Shown here: piece by piece, positions 48,154-57,318 of the stretch
Position numbering within the stretch: position 1 is the stretch's first letter
Layout: every line of letters begins with the position of its first letter
Assembly: GCA_021740845.1 (NCBI GenBank)
Contig: JAIOYZ010000019.1
Coordinates: 8,828-72,827, forward strand
From: Bacteroidia bacterium
GTDB lineage: Bacteria; Bacteroidota; Bacteroidia; UKL13-3
Reading direction: 5' to 3'
Length of the DNA: 64,000 nucleotides
The notes under the pieces: model-generated
What the model was told of the DNA's origin: nothing
Databases searched by the model: none
Seen by the model: the letters and a program-made list of their open reading frames with translations, nothing else
Made by a program: the position numbers and the translations under genes

Positions 48154-48914
48154 AATTTGTAATTATAGAAGACGAGCCACATGCAAGGAATGAGATAAAA
48201 CGCATTCTAACTAAAATAGAACCCCAACATCAAATAGTGGCAGAACTAGAGTCTGTTTCAGAGGCTATAGAATATCTCGGTTTGAACCAAGATTTTGATT
48301 TGCTGTTCTTGGATATTCAATTGTCTGATGGCTTAAGCTTTGATATTTTTAACGAAATAAAAGTGAATAAGCCTGTGATATTTACAACAGCTTATAACGA
48401 TTATGCCATTAAAGCATTTGAGCTTAACAGCATTGATTATTTATTGAAACCAATAGAGCCCAATCAACTTCAAAAAGCATTAGAAAAATTTAAAGAACTG
48501 AATACTCAAAATAAGCAGAAAACTCCCTTTAATGGCGACGACCTTAGGGCTTTGTTGGGTATAGAGAAAAAGGGCTACAAATCGCGTTTCTTAATTAAAA
48601 TTGGGGATCAGTTTAAATATATTCCCGCTCAAGAAATTGCTTATTTTTATGCCGATAGAAACACAATTTACTTGGTAGATTTGGAACAAAAAAAGTATAT
48701 TGTAGATTATAGGTTGGATCAATTGGAGGAACAATTAAATCCAACAGATTTTTTTAGAGTTACCAGAAGTTATATTGTGCATATTCAATCTATAGTGAAA
48801 GTTCATAAGTATTTCAATAGTCGTTTGTCCTTGGAATTAAAACCCGAAGTTGGCGAACAATTGTTGGTGAGTAGAATAAAAGTAGAATCGTTTTTAGCTT
48901 GGTTAGATAAATAA
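48150..48914 (+). CDS. LytTR-family two-component response regulator.
   Basis: Receiver domain (IIEDEPHAR...LLFLDIQLSDG...AYNDYAIKAFELNSIDYLLKP) plus a C-terminal LytTR DNA-binding domain. Overlaps the kinase gene by 4 nt. Confidence 0.85.
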   Translation: MKFVIIEDEPHARNEIKRILTKIEPQHQIVAELESVSEAIEYLGLNQDFDLLFLDIQLSDGLSFDIFNEIKVNKPVIFTTAYNDYAIKAFELNSIDYLLKPIEPNQLQKALEKFKELNTQNKQKTPFNGDDLRALLGIEKKGYKSRFLIKIGDQFKYIPAQEIAYFYADRNTIYLVDLEQKKYIVDYRLDQLEEQLNPTDFFRVTRSYIVHIQSIVKVHKYFNSRLSLELKPEVGEQLLVSRIKVESFLAWLDK

Positions 48915-48920
48915 AAAAGG

Positions 48921-50663
48921 ATGCGTTGGTTTATATTTTTAGTTGGAATATTATTGAATATAGCTTGCAACCAAGTGCAGGTTGAAATAAGGAATGTGCC
49001 TGAAAACACCCCTACTGGCGCTCAAGTTTATATCACCGGAAATTTCAATAATTGGAATCCTGGCGACCCAAACTATTTGATGAAATACGATGAAGTAAAC
49101 AAACGCTTTTATGCCAAATTGCCTGTTGGTTTTGGAGAGATAGCTTATAAATTTACAAGAGGCGATTGGACCACCGTTGAAGCAGATAGTTGTGGAGGTG
49201 ATATTGAAAACAGAAGTTTTACTTATGGCAGCTCCGATTCTTCTATAAACTATATCAGTGGTTGGAGCGATTTAGCACCTGTATATTGCGGAAGACTTAC
49301 CATCGTTTTAGACAAAATACCTGAGAAAACTCCAAAAGGTAGTCCTATCTTTTTATCTGGTAATGTAAACTATTGGATATTGGGTCAGGCCGACTACCGA
49401 TTTAAAAAGGGCAATGATGGCAAATATTTCCTTACTGTGCCAAGGCGTGAAGACAAGTTGATTTTTAAGATAAACAGAGGCACTTGGGAAAGCATTGAAG
49501 TAGATGCCAATAACCAAGGGGAAGAATCGCGAGTAATAAAATTTGGGGAGGAAGACACCATACATTTGGTGATGCGCAATTGGATTGATTTACCCAATGA
49601 AAATCCAATTACCAAAACCATTTGCATTAAAAATCTTCCAAAAGAAACTCCTGCAAATTGTAAAATTTATCTTTCTGGTTCTTTCAATAATTGGAATCCA
49701 ATGGATGAAAGTTATTTGTTTAAGAAAAATGCAAAAGGAGAATATTATATCAATTATTTGTTTTCGGAAAACGACATTGAAGAATATAAAATTACTCGTG
49801 GGGGCTGGGAAAGAAGAGAGTTGAAGTTGAACAAAGAGGAAATGAAAAATCGGGTATTGACAAAAGATGGAAAGGATACTCAAATTCTTGTTATAAGCAG
49901 ATGGGCCGACCAACAATTAAATGGAAGACCTAATTCCACGCAAAGCAATCCACCACCGCCAGAAATTCCAAAAGAATTGATTCCTGTGGAAGTTGAAAAT
50001 CCGTATGCGGGTAACATAGAAAGCGCACGTAAAATTATATTTATTTTAGATAAAGTGCCTGAACCAAAAAGCAAGAACGAACGCATTTATTTAACAGGAG
50101 ATTTTAATGATTGGGTTACGGATATGCCTGGCTTTGATTTTAAGTTATTGCCAAATGGAAAACGCTATTTAGTACTGCGCTTAAACGACAAACGTACGCA
50201 TGAGTTTAAGATTACACGCGGCGATTGGAGCAATGAGGCAAGTGATTTGAACCGAAACAAATGGGACAATAAAACCATTCCAGCTTCTTATGGTGATGAT
50301 ACAATTCATTTAAAAATTGAAAGTTGGGTAGATAGAATCCCTTCGCAAAGATTGGTTATAGTTATTGAAGATGTGCCTCAAAACACACCGCCACAAAGCA
50401 CGCTATATTTAAGTGGCAACTTCAATGGATGGCTTGCAAATGTGCAGGGTTATCAATTTAAGAAACTAAATGGCAAGTATTATTTAACCCTACCCGAGTT
50501 TAACGAAAACTACCAAGAATATAAAATTACTCGTGGCGATTGGAATAATGAATTTGCAAATAGTAAAGGCAGGGTATTGTCGAACCAAAAGTTCAAAAAA
50601 CACTATGAAAATGATACACTCAGCATACGCATAGCAGGCTGGGTAGATTTGCCAGCGAGGTAG
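48921..50663 (+). CDS. Lipoprotein with five tandem CBM48/AMPK-beta-type (glycogen/starch-binding-like) modules.
   Basis: Lipobox LLNIAC. Five ~100-aa repeats each contain a PExTPxgxxIYLSGnFNnWnP...YKITRGDW(t/s)(v/n)E pattern (e.g. VYITGNFNNWNP...YKFTRGDWTTVE, IYLSGSFNNWNP...YKITRGGWERRE, LYLSGNFNGWLA...YKITRGDWNNEF). This resembles the GSFNNW...YKFxVDGxW core of CBM48/AMPK glycogen-binding domains. Confidence 0.55.
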   Translation: MRWFIFLVGILLNIACNQVQVEIRNVPENTPTGAQVYITGNFNNWNPGDPNYLMKYDEVNKRFYAKLPVGFGEIAYKFTRGDWTTVEADSCGGDIENRSFTYGSSDSSINYISGWSDLAPVYCGRLTIVLDKIPEKTPKGSPIFLSGNVNYWILGQADYRFKKGNDGKYFLTVPRREDKLIFKINRGTWESIEVDANNQGEESRVIKFGEEDTIHLVMRNWIDLPNENPITKTICIKNLPKETPANCKIYLSGSFNNWNPMDESYLFKKNAKGEYYINYLFSENDIEEYKITRGGWERRELKLNKEEMKNRVLTKDGKDTQILVISRWADQQLNGRPNSTQSNPPPPEIPKELIPVEVENPYAGNIESARKIIFILDKVPEPKSKNERIYLTGDFNDWVTDMPGFDFKLLPNGKRYLVLRLNDKRTHEFKITRGDWSNEASDLNRNKWDNKTIPASYGDDTIHLKIESWVDRIPSQRLVIVIEDVPQNTPPQSTLYLSGNFNGWLANVQGYQFKKLNGKYYLTLPEFNENYQEYKITRGDWNNEFANSKGRVLSNQKFKKHYENDTLSIRIAGWVDLPAR

Positions 50664-50820
50664 AGAAACCAATTACGACAAACTAGAGGGAAAATTAGTT
50701 GTAATTAAAGATTTCAGGAAAAATTTATATTGCTTAAAATATGACAATCATTCTTTAATGGTTTTTAAATTAAAAAATGCTACCCTTTAGAATTATTGAA
50801 AATTACCCAAAATAATTGCG

Positions 50821-51654
50821 ATGAAAAAAGAAATAGGTACCAAATTATTTGAACAAAAAAAAGTAAGGAGCCATTACGATACTGAAAAAGAAACTTGGTA
50901 TTTCAGTATTATAGATGTGATAGAAATTTTAACAGATAGCAGGTTACCAAAAAGGTACTGGAGTGACTTGAAAAATAAATTAGTTAAAGAAGGTAGTGAA
51001 GCGTACGAAAAAATCGTACGGTTGAAAATGGTTGCATCAGATGGTAAAATGAGAGAAACTGACGCAGCTGATACAGAAAACCTGTTACGACTAATTCAGT
51101 CAATTCCTTCTCCTAAAGCAGAGCCTTTTAAGCAATGGCTTGCAAAAGTAGGTTATGAAAGGATGAAGGAAATTTCCGACCCAGGACAAAGTATTGACCG
51201 AGCCAGAGAAAATTGGAAAAAATTGGGAAGGAGTGAAAAATGGATTCAGCAAAGAATGACTGGCCAAGAAACTCGGAATAAACTCACCGATTATTGGAAA
51301 GAAAGTGGTGTTGAAAAACAAGATGAATTTGCTTTTCTAACCAATATTATACATCAAGAATGGACTGGTATAAGTGTAAAAAAGCATAAGGAAATAAAAG
51401 GATTGAAATCTCAAAACCTAAGAGACCACATGAGTGAAGCCGAACTAATCTTCACGGCATTAGCAGAGCTTTCCACCAGGCAAATAGCAGAAGCTGAAAT
51501 GGCAAATGGACTTATAGAAAATGCTAAAGCAGGCAAAAAGGGCGGAAAAATAGCAAAAGACGCAAGGATAAAACTCGAAGCACAAACAGGAAAAAAAGTT
51601 ATAACCGATGAAAATTTCCTTCCTCCAAAAAAGAATATCAAAAAATTAAAATAG
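50821..51654 (+). CDS. Bro-N domain protein, DinD-like (DNA-damage-inducible protein D family).
   Basis: N-terminal Bro-N-like segment (KVRSHYDTEKETWYFSIIDVIEILTDS) and a Lys/Glu-rich C-terminal half. 277 aa. It is a stand-alone gene with ~150-nt AT-rich spacers on both sides. Confidence 0.55.
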   Translation: MKKEIGTKLFEQKKVRSHYDTEKETWYFSIIDVIEILTDSRLPKRYWSDLKNKLVKEGSEAYEKIVRLKMVASDGKMRETDAADTENLLRLIQSIPSPKAEPFKQWLAKVGYERMKEISDPGQSIDRARENWKKLGRSEKWIQQRMTGQETRNKLTDYWKESGVEKQDEFAFLTNIIHQEWTGISVKKHKEIKGLKSQNLRDHMSEAELIFTALAELSTRQIAEAEMANGLIENAKAGKKGGKIAKDARIKLEAQTGKKVITDENFLPPKKNIKKLK

Positions 51655-51818
51655 GTAAATGTAAGATTGACAAGACTGATAACTTCAGAAATAATTCACC
51701 TTTTAATCTCGTCATTCAAAATTGGTCAAAGTTAAATTCATGTGCTTTTAGGTAGTTTTCATTTAGAATTAAGTAATTGAAATTCCTTTGGTTTTCGTTT
51801 ATTTGCGCCAAAGGCTAA

Positions 51819-53210
51819 ATGGAAAAAGGCAAATCATTTTTTGGGAGATCGCTCGCTATAATTCGGCAATCCTTATCTGGGGACGAACAAGACTATACAC
51901 AAGGAAGTATTTCTCGTGCGGTATTTCTATTGGCTATTCCTATGATTTTGGAATTAAGCCTAGAAAGTGTTTTTGCCGTGGTAGATATGTTTTTTGTGGG
52001 AAAATTGGGTCAGAACGCAATTGCTACTGTTGGCTTAACCGAATCTGTGGTGACCATAGTATATTCATTGGCCATAGGTTTAAGCACAGGTGCAACCGCA
52101 ATTGTTGCACGAAGAATTGGAGAAAAAGACCCAAGGTCTGCAGCACATGCTGGAGCCCAATCCATTGTTTTGGCATTAATAGCAACGGTATTTTTTAGCG
52201 CCATAGGCATTTATTATGCCGCAGAAATTTTAAGTCTGATGGGCGCAAGCGAAGAAGTGGTAAGAGATGGAGCCATTTTTACACGCATTATGTTAGGCGG
52301 CAGTTTGGCCATTATTTTATTGTTCTTAATAAACGGAATATTTAGAGGCGCAGGAGATGCAGCTATGGCCATGAAAAGCCTATGGATTGCTAGTATCATT
52401 AATATAGTTTTATGCCCAATTTTTATACATTTCTTTGGGTTAAAAGGAGCTGCCATTGCAACTGTAATAGGAAGAAGTTCGGGTGTTTTATACCAATGTT
52501 ACCATCTGTTTTTAGGCAAAGGAGTAATCAAAATAAGGCGCAGCGATTTTAATTGGGATGTCAGTGGAATGAAATCCATTATTACCATTGCCTGGCCAGC
52601 AACCATGCAATTTATTATTGCCAGTGGTAGCTGGTTAATTTTGGCCAAATTGGTTGCAGAAACAGGAGGCACCACTGCTTCGGCAGGATACCAAATAGCT
52701 ATTAGAAATGTGGTTTTCTTTATTTTACCCGCTTGGGGCTTGAGCAATGCTGCGGCAACTTTGGTAGGACAAAATTTAGGCGCCAATCAAATAGAGAGAG
52801 CGCAGAAAAGTGTTTATCTTACGGCTAAATACAATGCCATATTTATGAGTTTTGTGATGGTATTATTCTTGTTTTTCGCTGATTCAATTATTGCTATTTT
52901 TACACAAGACCCTTCAGTAGCGGCTTATGCGGTTCAAGCCTTACAAATTATTGGTTCAGGCTATATTTTTTATGGTATTGGAATGGTAATGGTGCAAGCC
53001 TTAAATGGGGCTGGAGATACCAAAACCCCTACCCTCATAAATTTCTTTTGCTTTTGGGTATTTCAAATTCCCTTTGCTTATTTTTTAGCAAACGGTTTGA
53101 ACCTAAAATCAACCGGTGCCTTTATTGCTATTCCTGTTGCAGAATCAGCAATTGCTTTGATTGCTTGGTATTATTTCATCAAAGGAAAATGGAAAACTCT
53201 TAAAGTATAA
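51819..53210 (+). CDS. MATE-family multidrug/sodium efflux transporter (NorM-like).
   Basis: 463 aa with 12 TM helices. N-terminal LLAIPMILELSLESVFAVVDMFFVGKLG is typical of MATE transporters. Confidence 0.85.
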   Translation: MEKGKSFFGRSLAIIRQSLSGDEQDYTQGSISRAVFLLAIPMILELSLESVFAVVDMFFVGKLGQNAIATVGLTESVVTIVYSLAIGLSTGATAIVARRIGEKDPRSAAHAGAQSIVLALIATVFFSAIGIYYAAEILSLMGASEEVVRDGAIFTRIMLGGSLAIILLFLINGIFRGAGDAAMAMKSLWIASIINIVLCPIFIHFFGLKGAAIATVIGRSSGVLYQCYHLFLGKGVIKIRRSDFNWDVSGMKSIITIAWPATMQFIIASGSWLILAKLVAETGGTTASAGYQIAIRNVVFFILPAWGLSNAAATLVGQNLGANQIERAQKSVYLTAKYNAIFMSFVMVLFLFFADSIIAIFTQDPSVAAYAVQALQIIGSGYIFYGIGMVMVQALNGAGDTKTPTLINFFCFWVFQIPFAYFLANGLNLKSTGAFIAIPVAESAIALIAWYYFIKGKWKTLKV

Positions 53211-53220
53211 TCGGGAGATA

Positions 53221-53634
53221 ATGGCTTCAAGAAAGTTTTATAAAGTAGAAGATTATTTCGACCATTTAGCACCTTGGATGCAAGAAAGAGCCTATGTGGT
53301 GCGCGAACTTATTTTAGGTTCAAACCGAAATATTGTAGAAAGCATGAAGTACAATGTACCTTTCTATACTTACGAAGGTTACTTGTTTTACTTGGGAATT
53401 TATAAAAAAACACAATTGGTTTTGGCCTTTTGCAATGGCGTGCATGTACCAGATGCGCATGGACTTTTAAGAGCAGATGCCAAGCAAACTCAATTGAGGC
53501 ATTGGCCATTGTTACAAGACCAAGAACCAGATTATGAACTGTTGGCTCAATACATAGAATTAGCCATTGATGTCAACAAGAATTTAAGAACAAGTAGCTT
53601 TGGTATAAAAACAAAAACTATTACTAACAAATAA
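53221..53634 (+). CDS. DUF1801 (YdhG-like) domain protein.
   Basis: 137 aa. The ORF-track start at 53161 overlaps the MATE gene, so the internal MASRKFYKVEDYF start is preferred. Fold assignment is from memory and weak. Confidence 0.5.
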   Translation: MASRKFYKVEDYFDHLAPWMQERAYVVRELILGSNRNIVESMKYNVPFYTYEGYLFYLGIYKKTQLVLAFCNGVHVPDAHGLLRADAKQTQLRHWPLLQDQEPDYELLAQYIELAIDVNKNLRTSSFGIKTKTITNK

Positions 53635-54159
53635 GTGATGAACGATGCATTTAAACTAGTTAGCTGCCAGCAAAAACATGCGGCCTTATTGGCACAATTG
53701 GGAGGCTCTACTTTTTACGAAACCTTTGCTCCGCATAATGATGCTGCCGATATGGATGCTTATATTTCTAAGACCTATTCTGTAAAAGCCATACAAGAAA
53801 ATTTAAGTAAAGAGGATGTTTTGTATTATGCCGCTTATAACCAAGAAACAGATATTGGCTATCTAAAATTGATAAAGAATGTTAGCATTCTTTCACTCCA
53901 AGGAAGCATTTTAGAGATTGAGAAAATCTATGTAAGGCAAGAAGCACAAGGCTCTGGAGTGGCAGCTAAATTGATGGAGCAGGCCATTAAAACTGCCAAA
54001 GAGCTTAAGTTTCAAGAACTGTTTTTAGGCGTTTGGCAAGAGAACGAAAGAGCCATTGCTTTCTATAAAAAATTCGGCTTCCAAGTTTTTGATACACGGC
54101 AATTTCAATTAGGCCAACGCCTGTGTGAGGATTACCTTTTGCATTTAACGATTAACTAA
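53635..54159 (+). CDS. GNAT-family N-acetyltransferase.
   Basis: Acetyl-CoA-binding motif Q/RxxGxG/A (RQEAQGSGVAAKLMEQAI) and a C-terminal FYKKFGFQ. 174 aa. Confidence 0.8.
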   Translation: MMNDAFKLVSCQQKHAALLAQLGGSTFYETFAPHNDAADMDAYISKTYSVKAIQENLSKEDVLYYAAYNQETDIGYLKLIKNVSILSLQGSILEIEKIYVRQEAQGSGVAAKLMEQAIKTAKELKFQELFLGVWQENERAIAFYKKFGFQVFDTRQFQLGQRLCEDYLLHLTIN

Positions 54160-54266
54160 ATTATTCCTAGATAAGATTTTTGGGGAAATGCCAATGCAAA
54201 AGTTTGACACCAGCACAATAACCAAGTCCTAAAAATTCTTATATTTGAATACTATACTCTTGTTTC

Positions 54267-55487
54267 ATGATTAAAAAAATACTCTTTCTCGCTTGCTTTA
54301 GTTTTGCATTTAATTTTGCCTTTGCGCAACGTTATTTAAGTCAGGTTTTTGATTCTGTATATGTTGCTGCCGATATTTTATATGGCTTTAACTATAATTA
54401 CAAAGGCGATAGCACCAACTTATATTTAGATATTTACCAACCCAAAGGCGATACGGCTAAAAATAGACCTGTAGTAATTTTAGCGCATGGAGGTTCTTTT
54501 GTGCAAGGCAGCAGAAAGGCCCAAGATATCACCGAAGTTTGCACCCGTTTGGCAAAAATGGGCTATGTAACTGTATCTTTTCAATACCGTTTGGGAGTAG
54601 ATATTTTAAGCGGCAAAACCTTAGAACAAGAATTTAGTCAGGCCGTTTGGCGCGGCACTCAAGATGGCAGAGCAGCAGTACGTTTTATTAGAAAGCAAAT
54701 TGAAAACGGAAATCCTTATAACTTAAATACCAACCAAGTTTATTCTGGTGGCATTTCTGCCGGCGGTGTTTTGGGCCTGCATTTGGCCTTTCTAGACGTG
54801 CCCAGCGAATTATCTCAATTGGCAATTGATACCAATGAAATTGGCGGCATTGAAGGCGAAAGTGGCAATGCGGGTTATAGTTGGAAGGTGAATGGCGTAG
54901 TGAGTTTATGCGGTGCTTTGGCAAATGTAAGTTGGCTCAACAATAATAAAGACATTAGCATTTGCAATATGCACGGAACCATCGATGCAACCGTTCCTTA
55001 TAAAACTGCTTACTTTAAATTCTTTGGTGCAGATGTAGCCATTTTGCAAGGCAGCTTTAGCGTTGATTCGGCAGCCATGCAACAAGGCATAGACACCCGT
55101 TTGCATACTTTTGAAGGTGCCGACCATGTTCCATTTTCTGGCACTACTTCCACACAAATGCAATACATGGATACTACCATTGAGTATGTTGCCCGCTATT
55201 TATACAAACACGTTACAGGTATAGTTCCTAGCGGTTTGAACCAAACGCTTGCTGAAATAAGTTTTCAGGTATTTCCAAATCCTGCACAAGATAAAATCAC
55301 AGTTCAATTTCAAGATTCTAAAACACGCAGCATTGGTATATTTAACATGAGTGGACAAGAAGTAATTTTGGTTCAAACCGAAAAAGAAAAAGAACTAATT
55401 ACCATAGACAGCTTGCCGAAAGGAATGTATTTTATGGAAGTACGCGAAGCAGAAACTGTTTCTAGAAAACTAATTTTAGTAGATTAA
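54267..55487 (+). CDS. Secreted alpha/beta-hydrolase (esterase/lipase) with T9SS type-A C-terminal sorting domain.
   Basis: Signal peptide. HGG oxyanion motif (ILAHGGSFVQGS) and nucleophile elbow GGISAGG. C-terminus VFPNPAQDKITVQFQDSKTRSIGIFNMSGQEVI...LPKGMYFMEV is a T9SS CTD. Confidence 0.75.
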   Translation: MIKKILFLACFSFAFNFAFAQRYLSQVFDSVYVAADILYGFNYNYKGDSTNLYLDIYQPKGDTAKNRPVVILAHGGSFVQGSRKAQDITEVCTRLAKMGYVTVSFQYRLGVDILSGKTLEQEFSQAVWRGTQDGRAAVRFIRKQIENGNPYNLNTNQVYSGGISAGGVLGLHLAFLDVPSELSQLAIDTNEIGGIEGESGNAGYSWKVNGVVSLCGALANVSWLNNNKDISICNMHGTIDATVPYKTAYFKFFGADVAILQGSFSVDSAAMQQGIDTRLHTFEGADHVPFSGTTSTQMQYMDTTIEYVARYLYKHVTGIVPSGLNQTLAEISFQVFPNPAQDKITVQFQDSKTRSIGIFNMSGQEVILVQTEKEKELITIDSLPKGMYFMEVREAETVSRKLILVD

Positions 55488-55834
55488 TGGCCATTCGTTT
55501 TTTTAAGGTTTACGATTTTCAAGAACATGGAAACGAGCCTCAAGCTTTGCACTCGGTGCGCACTATAGAAATAGACAACAAACTAATTTGCCTTGCTCGT
55601 TTGCCACAAGGTTATTTTGCAGTTGATGATAAATGTCCGCATGCAGGAGCACGCTTAGGCTTAGGAAAATGTAGCGAAGAAGGCATGGTAATTTGCCCAG
55701 TACACCGTTACCAATATGATGTAAAAACGGGCAGAGGCTTACCCAAACAAGGCGATTACGTAAATACCTATCCCGTTGAAACACGCAAGGATGGCGTTTA
55801 TATTGGCTTAGAAAAAAAGTGGTGGCAGTTTTAA
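55487..55834 (+). CDS. Rieske [2Fe-2S] domain protein (NirD-like small subunit).
   Basis: CPHAGARL...17 aa...CPVHRYQY carries both Rieske CxH/CxxH boxes. 115 aa. Confidence 0.8.
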   Translation: MAIRFFKVYDFQEHGNEPQALHSVRTIEIDNKLICLARLPQGYFAVDDKCPHAGARLGLGKCSEEGMVICPVHRYQYDVKTGRGLPKQGDYVNTYPVETRKDGVYIGLEKKWWQF

Positions 55835-55839
55835 ACTGC

Positions 55840-56997
55840 TTAGTCTTTCACAAATTTTAAATGTGTTCTCACGTAATTGGCTTTTTCAATTACCTCATCA
55901 ATGGTATTGGCTAAGATACTTACGTGACCCATTTTGCGCATGGGTTTACTTTCGGCTTTGGCATATAAATGCACATAAACGCCTTCCATTTTGCTTACTG
56001 CATCCAAATTTTCTAATTGGTAAGAACCACTAAAATCTGGCGCTCCCAAAAGGTTTACCATACCAGCTGCTTTCACCAATTCTGTGCTGCCCAAAGGCAA
56101 GCCCAAAAGTATTCTTGCAAGCTGTTCGTATTGCGAAGTATAACAAGCTTCAATGGTGTGGTGACCACTATTATGTGGCCTTGGCGCTACTTCGTTTACA
56201 AAAATAGTTCCGGCTTGATCCAAAAATAATTCCACTGCAAACAATCCTGGACCATCTAATGCTTGAACCAAATTGCGTGCAATCTCTTCTGCTTTTTCTT
56301 CGATGATGCTGCCAACTCTTGCAGGTGAAATTAATAAAGTAACCAAATTAGCAATTGGGTCAAACTCCATTTCTATAGAAGGAAAAGAAGCTATATTTCC
56401 ATCTTGGTCGCGAGCAACTATTACGGCCAGTTCTTTCTGGCAAGCAATAAATTCTTCTAAAACGCACGGACCCTCAAAAGGAATTTTATCTGGGTTATTG
56501 ATAATTTCTTGGGAATTAAGAATAGCAACTCCTTTTCCATCGTAGCCGCCTTTACGGGTTTTGGCCACAAATTTTTCTGAACCCAAAAGTGGAATCAACC
56601 TACTCCATTCTGCTTTATTTTCTACTAAGAAAAATTTACCCGATGGAATATTATTCTTCAAGTAAAATTCTTTCTGCAATCCTTTGTCTTGAATCATTTG
56701 TAAAATTCGTGGCGAAGGAATTATGGTATGACCTTCCTTCTCCAATTTAAGCAAGGCCTCTGTATTTACATGTTCAATTTCGTAGGTAAGCACATCGCTA
56801 ATGGCAGCCAAATCTCTAATTTTTGCTTCGTCTAATAAACTACCTTGGATAAATTGATTGGCTAGCAAGGCACAAGGACAATTTGCCTCGGCTTCAAGAA
56901 TATTAAAATGTAAATTTAGACGCGAACTTTCTTGGATTAGCATGCGACCTAATTGACCACCACCCAAAACTCCAATTCTCTTTTTTAAAGGATTCAT
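55840..56997 (-). CDS. purK: N5-carboxyaminoimidazole ribonucleotide synthase PurK.
   Basis: ATP-grasp enzyme. GVLGGGQLGRMLIQES N-terminus and KTRKGGYDGKGV are PurK hallmarks. 385 aa. Confidence 0.85.
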   Translation of the reverse strand: MNPLKKRIGVLGGGQLGRMLIQESSRLNLHFNILEAEANCPCALLANQFIQGSLLDEAKIRDLAAISDVLTYEIEHVNTEALLKLEKEGHTIIPSPRILQMIQDKGLQKEFYLKNNIPSGKFFLVENKAEWSRLIPLLGSEKFVAKTRKGGYDGKGVAILNSQEIINNPDKIPFEGPCVLEEFIACQKELAVIVARDQDGNIASFPSIEMEFDPIANLVTLLISPARVGSIIEEKAEEIARNLVQALDGPGLFAVELFLDQAGTIFVNEVAPRPHNSGHHTIEACYTSQYEQLARILLGLPLGSTELVKAAGMVNLLGAPDFSGSYQLENLDAVSKMEGVYVHLYAKAESKPMRKMGHVSILANTIDEVIEKANYVRTHLKFVKD

Positions 56998-57072
56998 TAA
57001 CGCAAAAATGATGTTTTACAATTGATAAAAAAAACTACCTTTGGTTTTCATCCTATAAACAATTTAAACAAT

Positions 57073-57276
57073 ATGTCAGGTGGACAAAAAAAAATCATTA
57101 TGGACAAGGCTCCATCAGGTGAACAATTAACCCTTAAAGTCGACTTAGGTTACGACAACAACAGTTTTCAAATTTTAGCAGATGCATTAAATGCTGAATT
57201 TGGCACTTCTATTACTGTAGCACAATTGGATGCATGCAACACGGTTGCAGATGCAATTGCCTTAGCCGGAGGGTAA
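57073..57276 (+). CDS. Small hypothetical protein (67 aa), possibly carrier-protein-like.
   Basis: ORF with a TACCTTTG (-7-type) box ~35 nt upstream. It ends 5 nt before a strong terminator. The segment DLGYDNNSFQILADALNAEFG loosely resembles an ACP/PCP helix II region. Weak call. Confidence 0.3.
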   Translation: MSGGQKKIIMDKAPSGEQLTLKVDLGYDNNSFQILADALNAEFGTSITVAQLDACNTVADAIALAGG

Positions 57277-57279
57277 TTA

Positions 57280-57318
57280 AAAAAAATCCCATCAGCAGTG
57301 CTGATGGGATTTTTTTTA
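57280..57318. terminator. Bidirectional rho-independent terminator shared by the convergent small ORF and bshA.
   Basis: AAAAAAAA-TCCCATCAGCagtGCTGATGGGA-TTTTTTTTATTTTTTT: an 11-bp perfect stem flanked by an A-run and a T-run. The bshA stop codon overlaps the T-run. Confidence 0.8.

Noticed and set aside
53161-53220. Upstream extension of the DUF1801 ORF overlapping the MATE gene by 50 nt.
   Set aside because: The extension is out of character (MLGIISSKENGKLLKYNREI). The MASRKF start at 53221 removes the overlap and fits the usual ~135-aa size.
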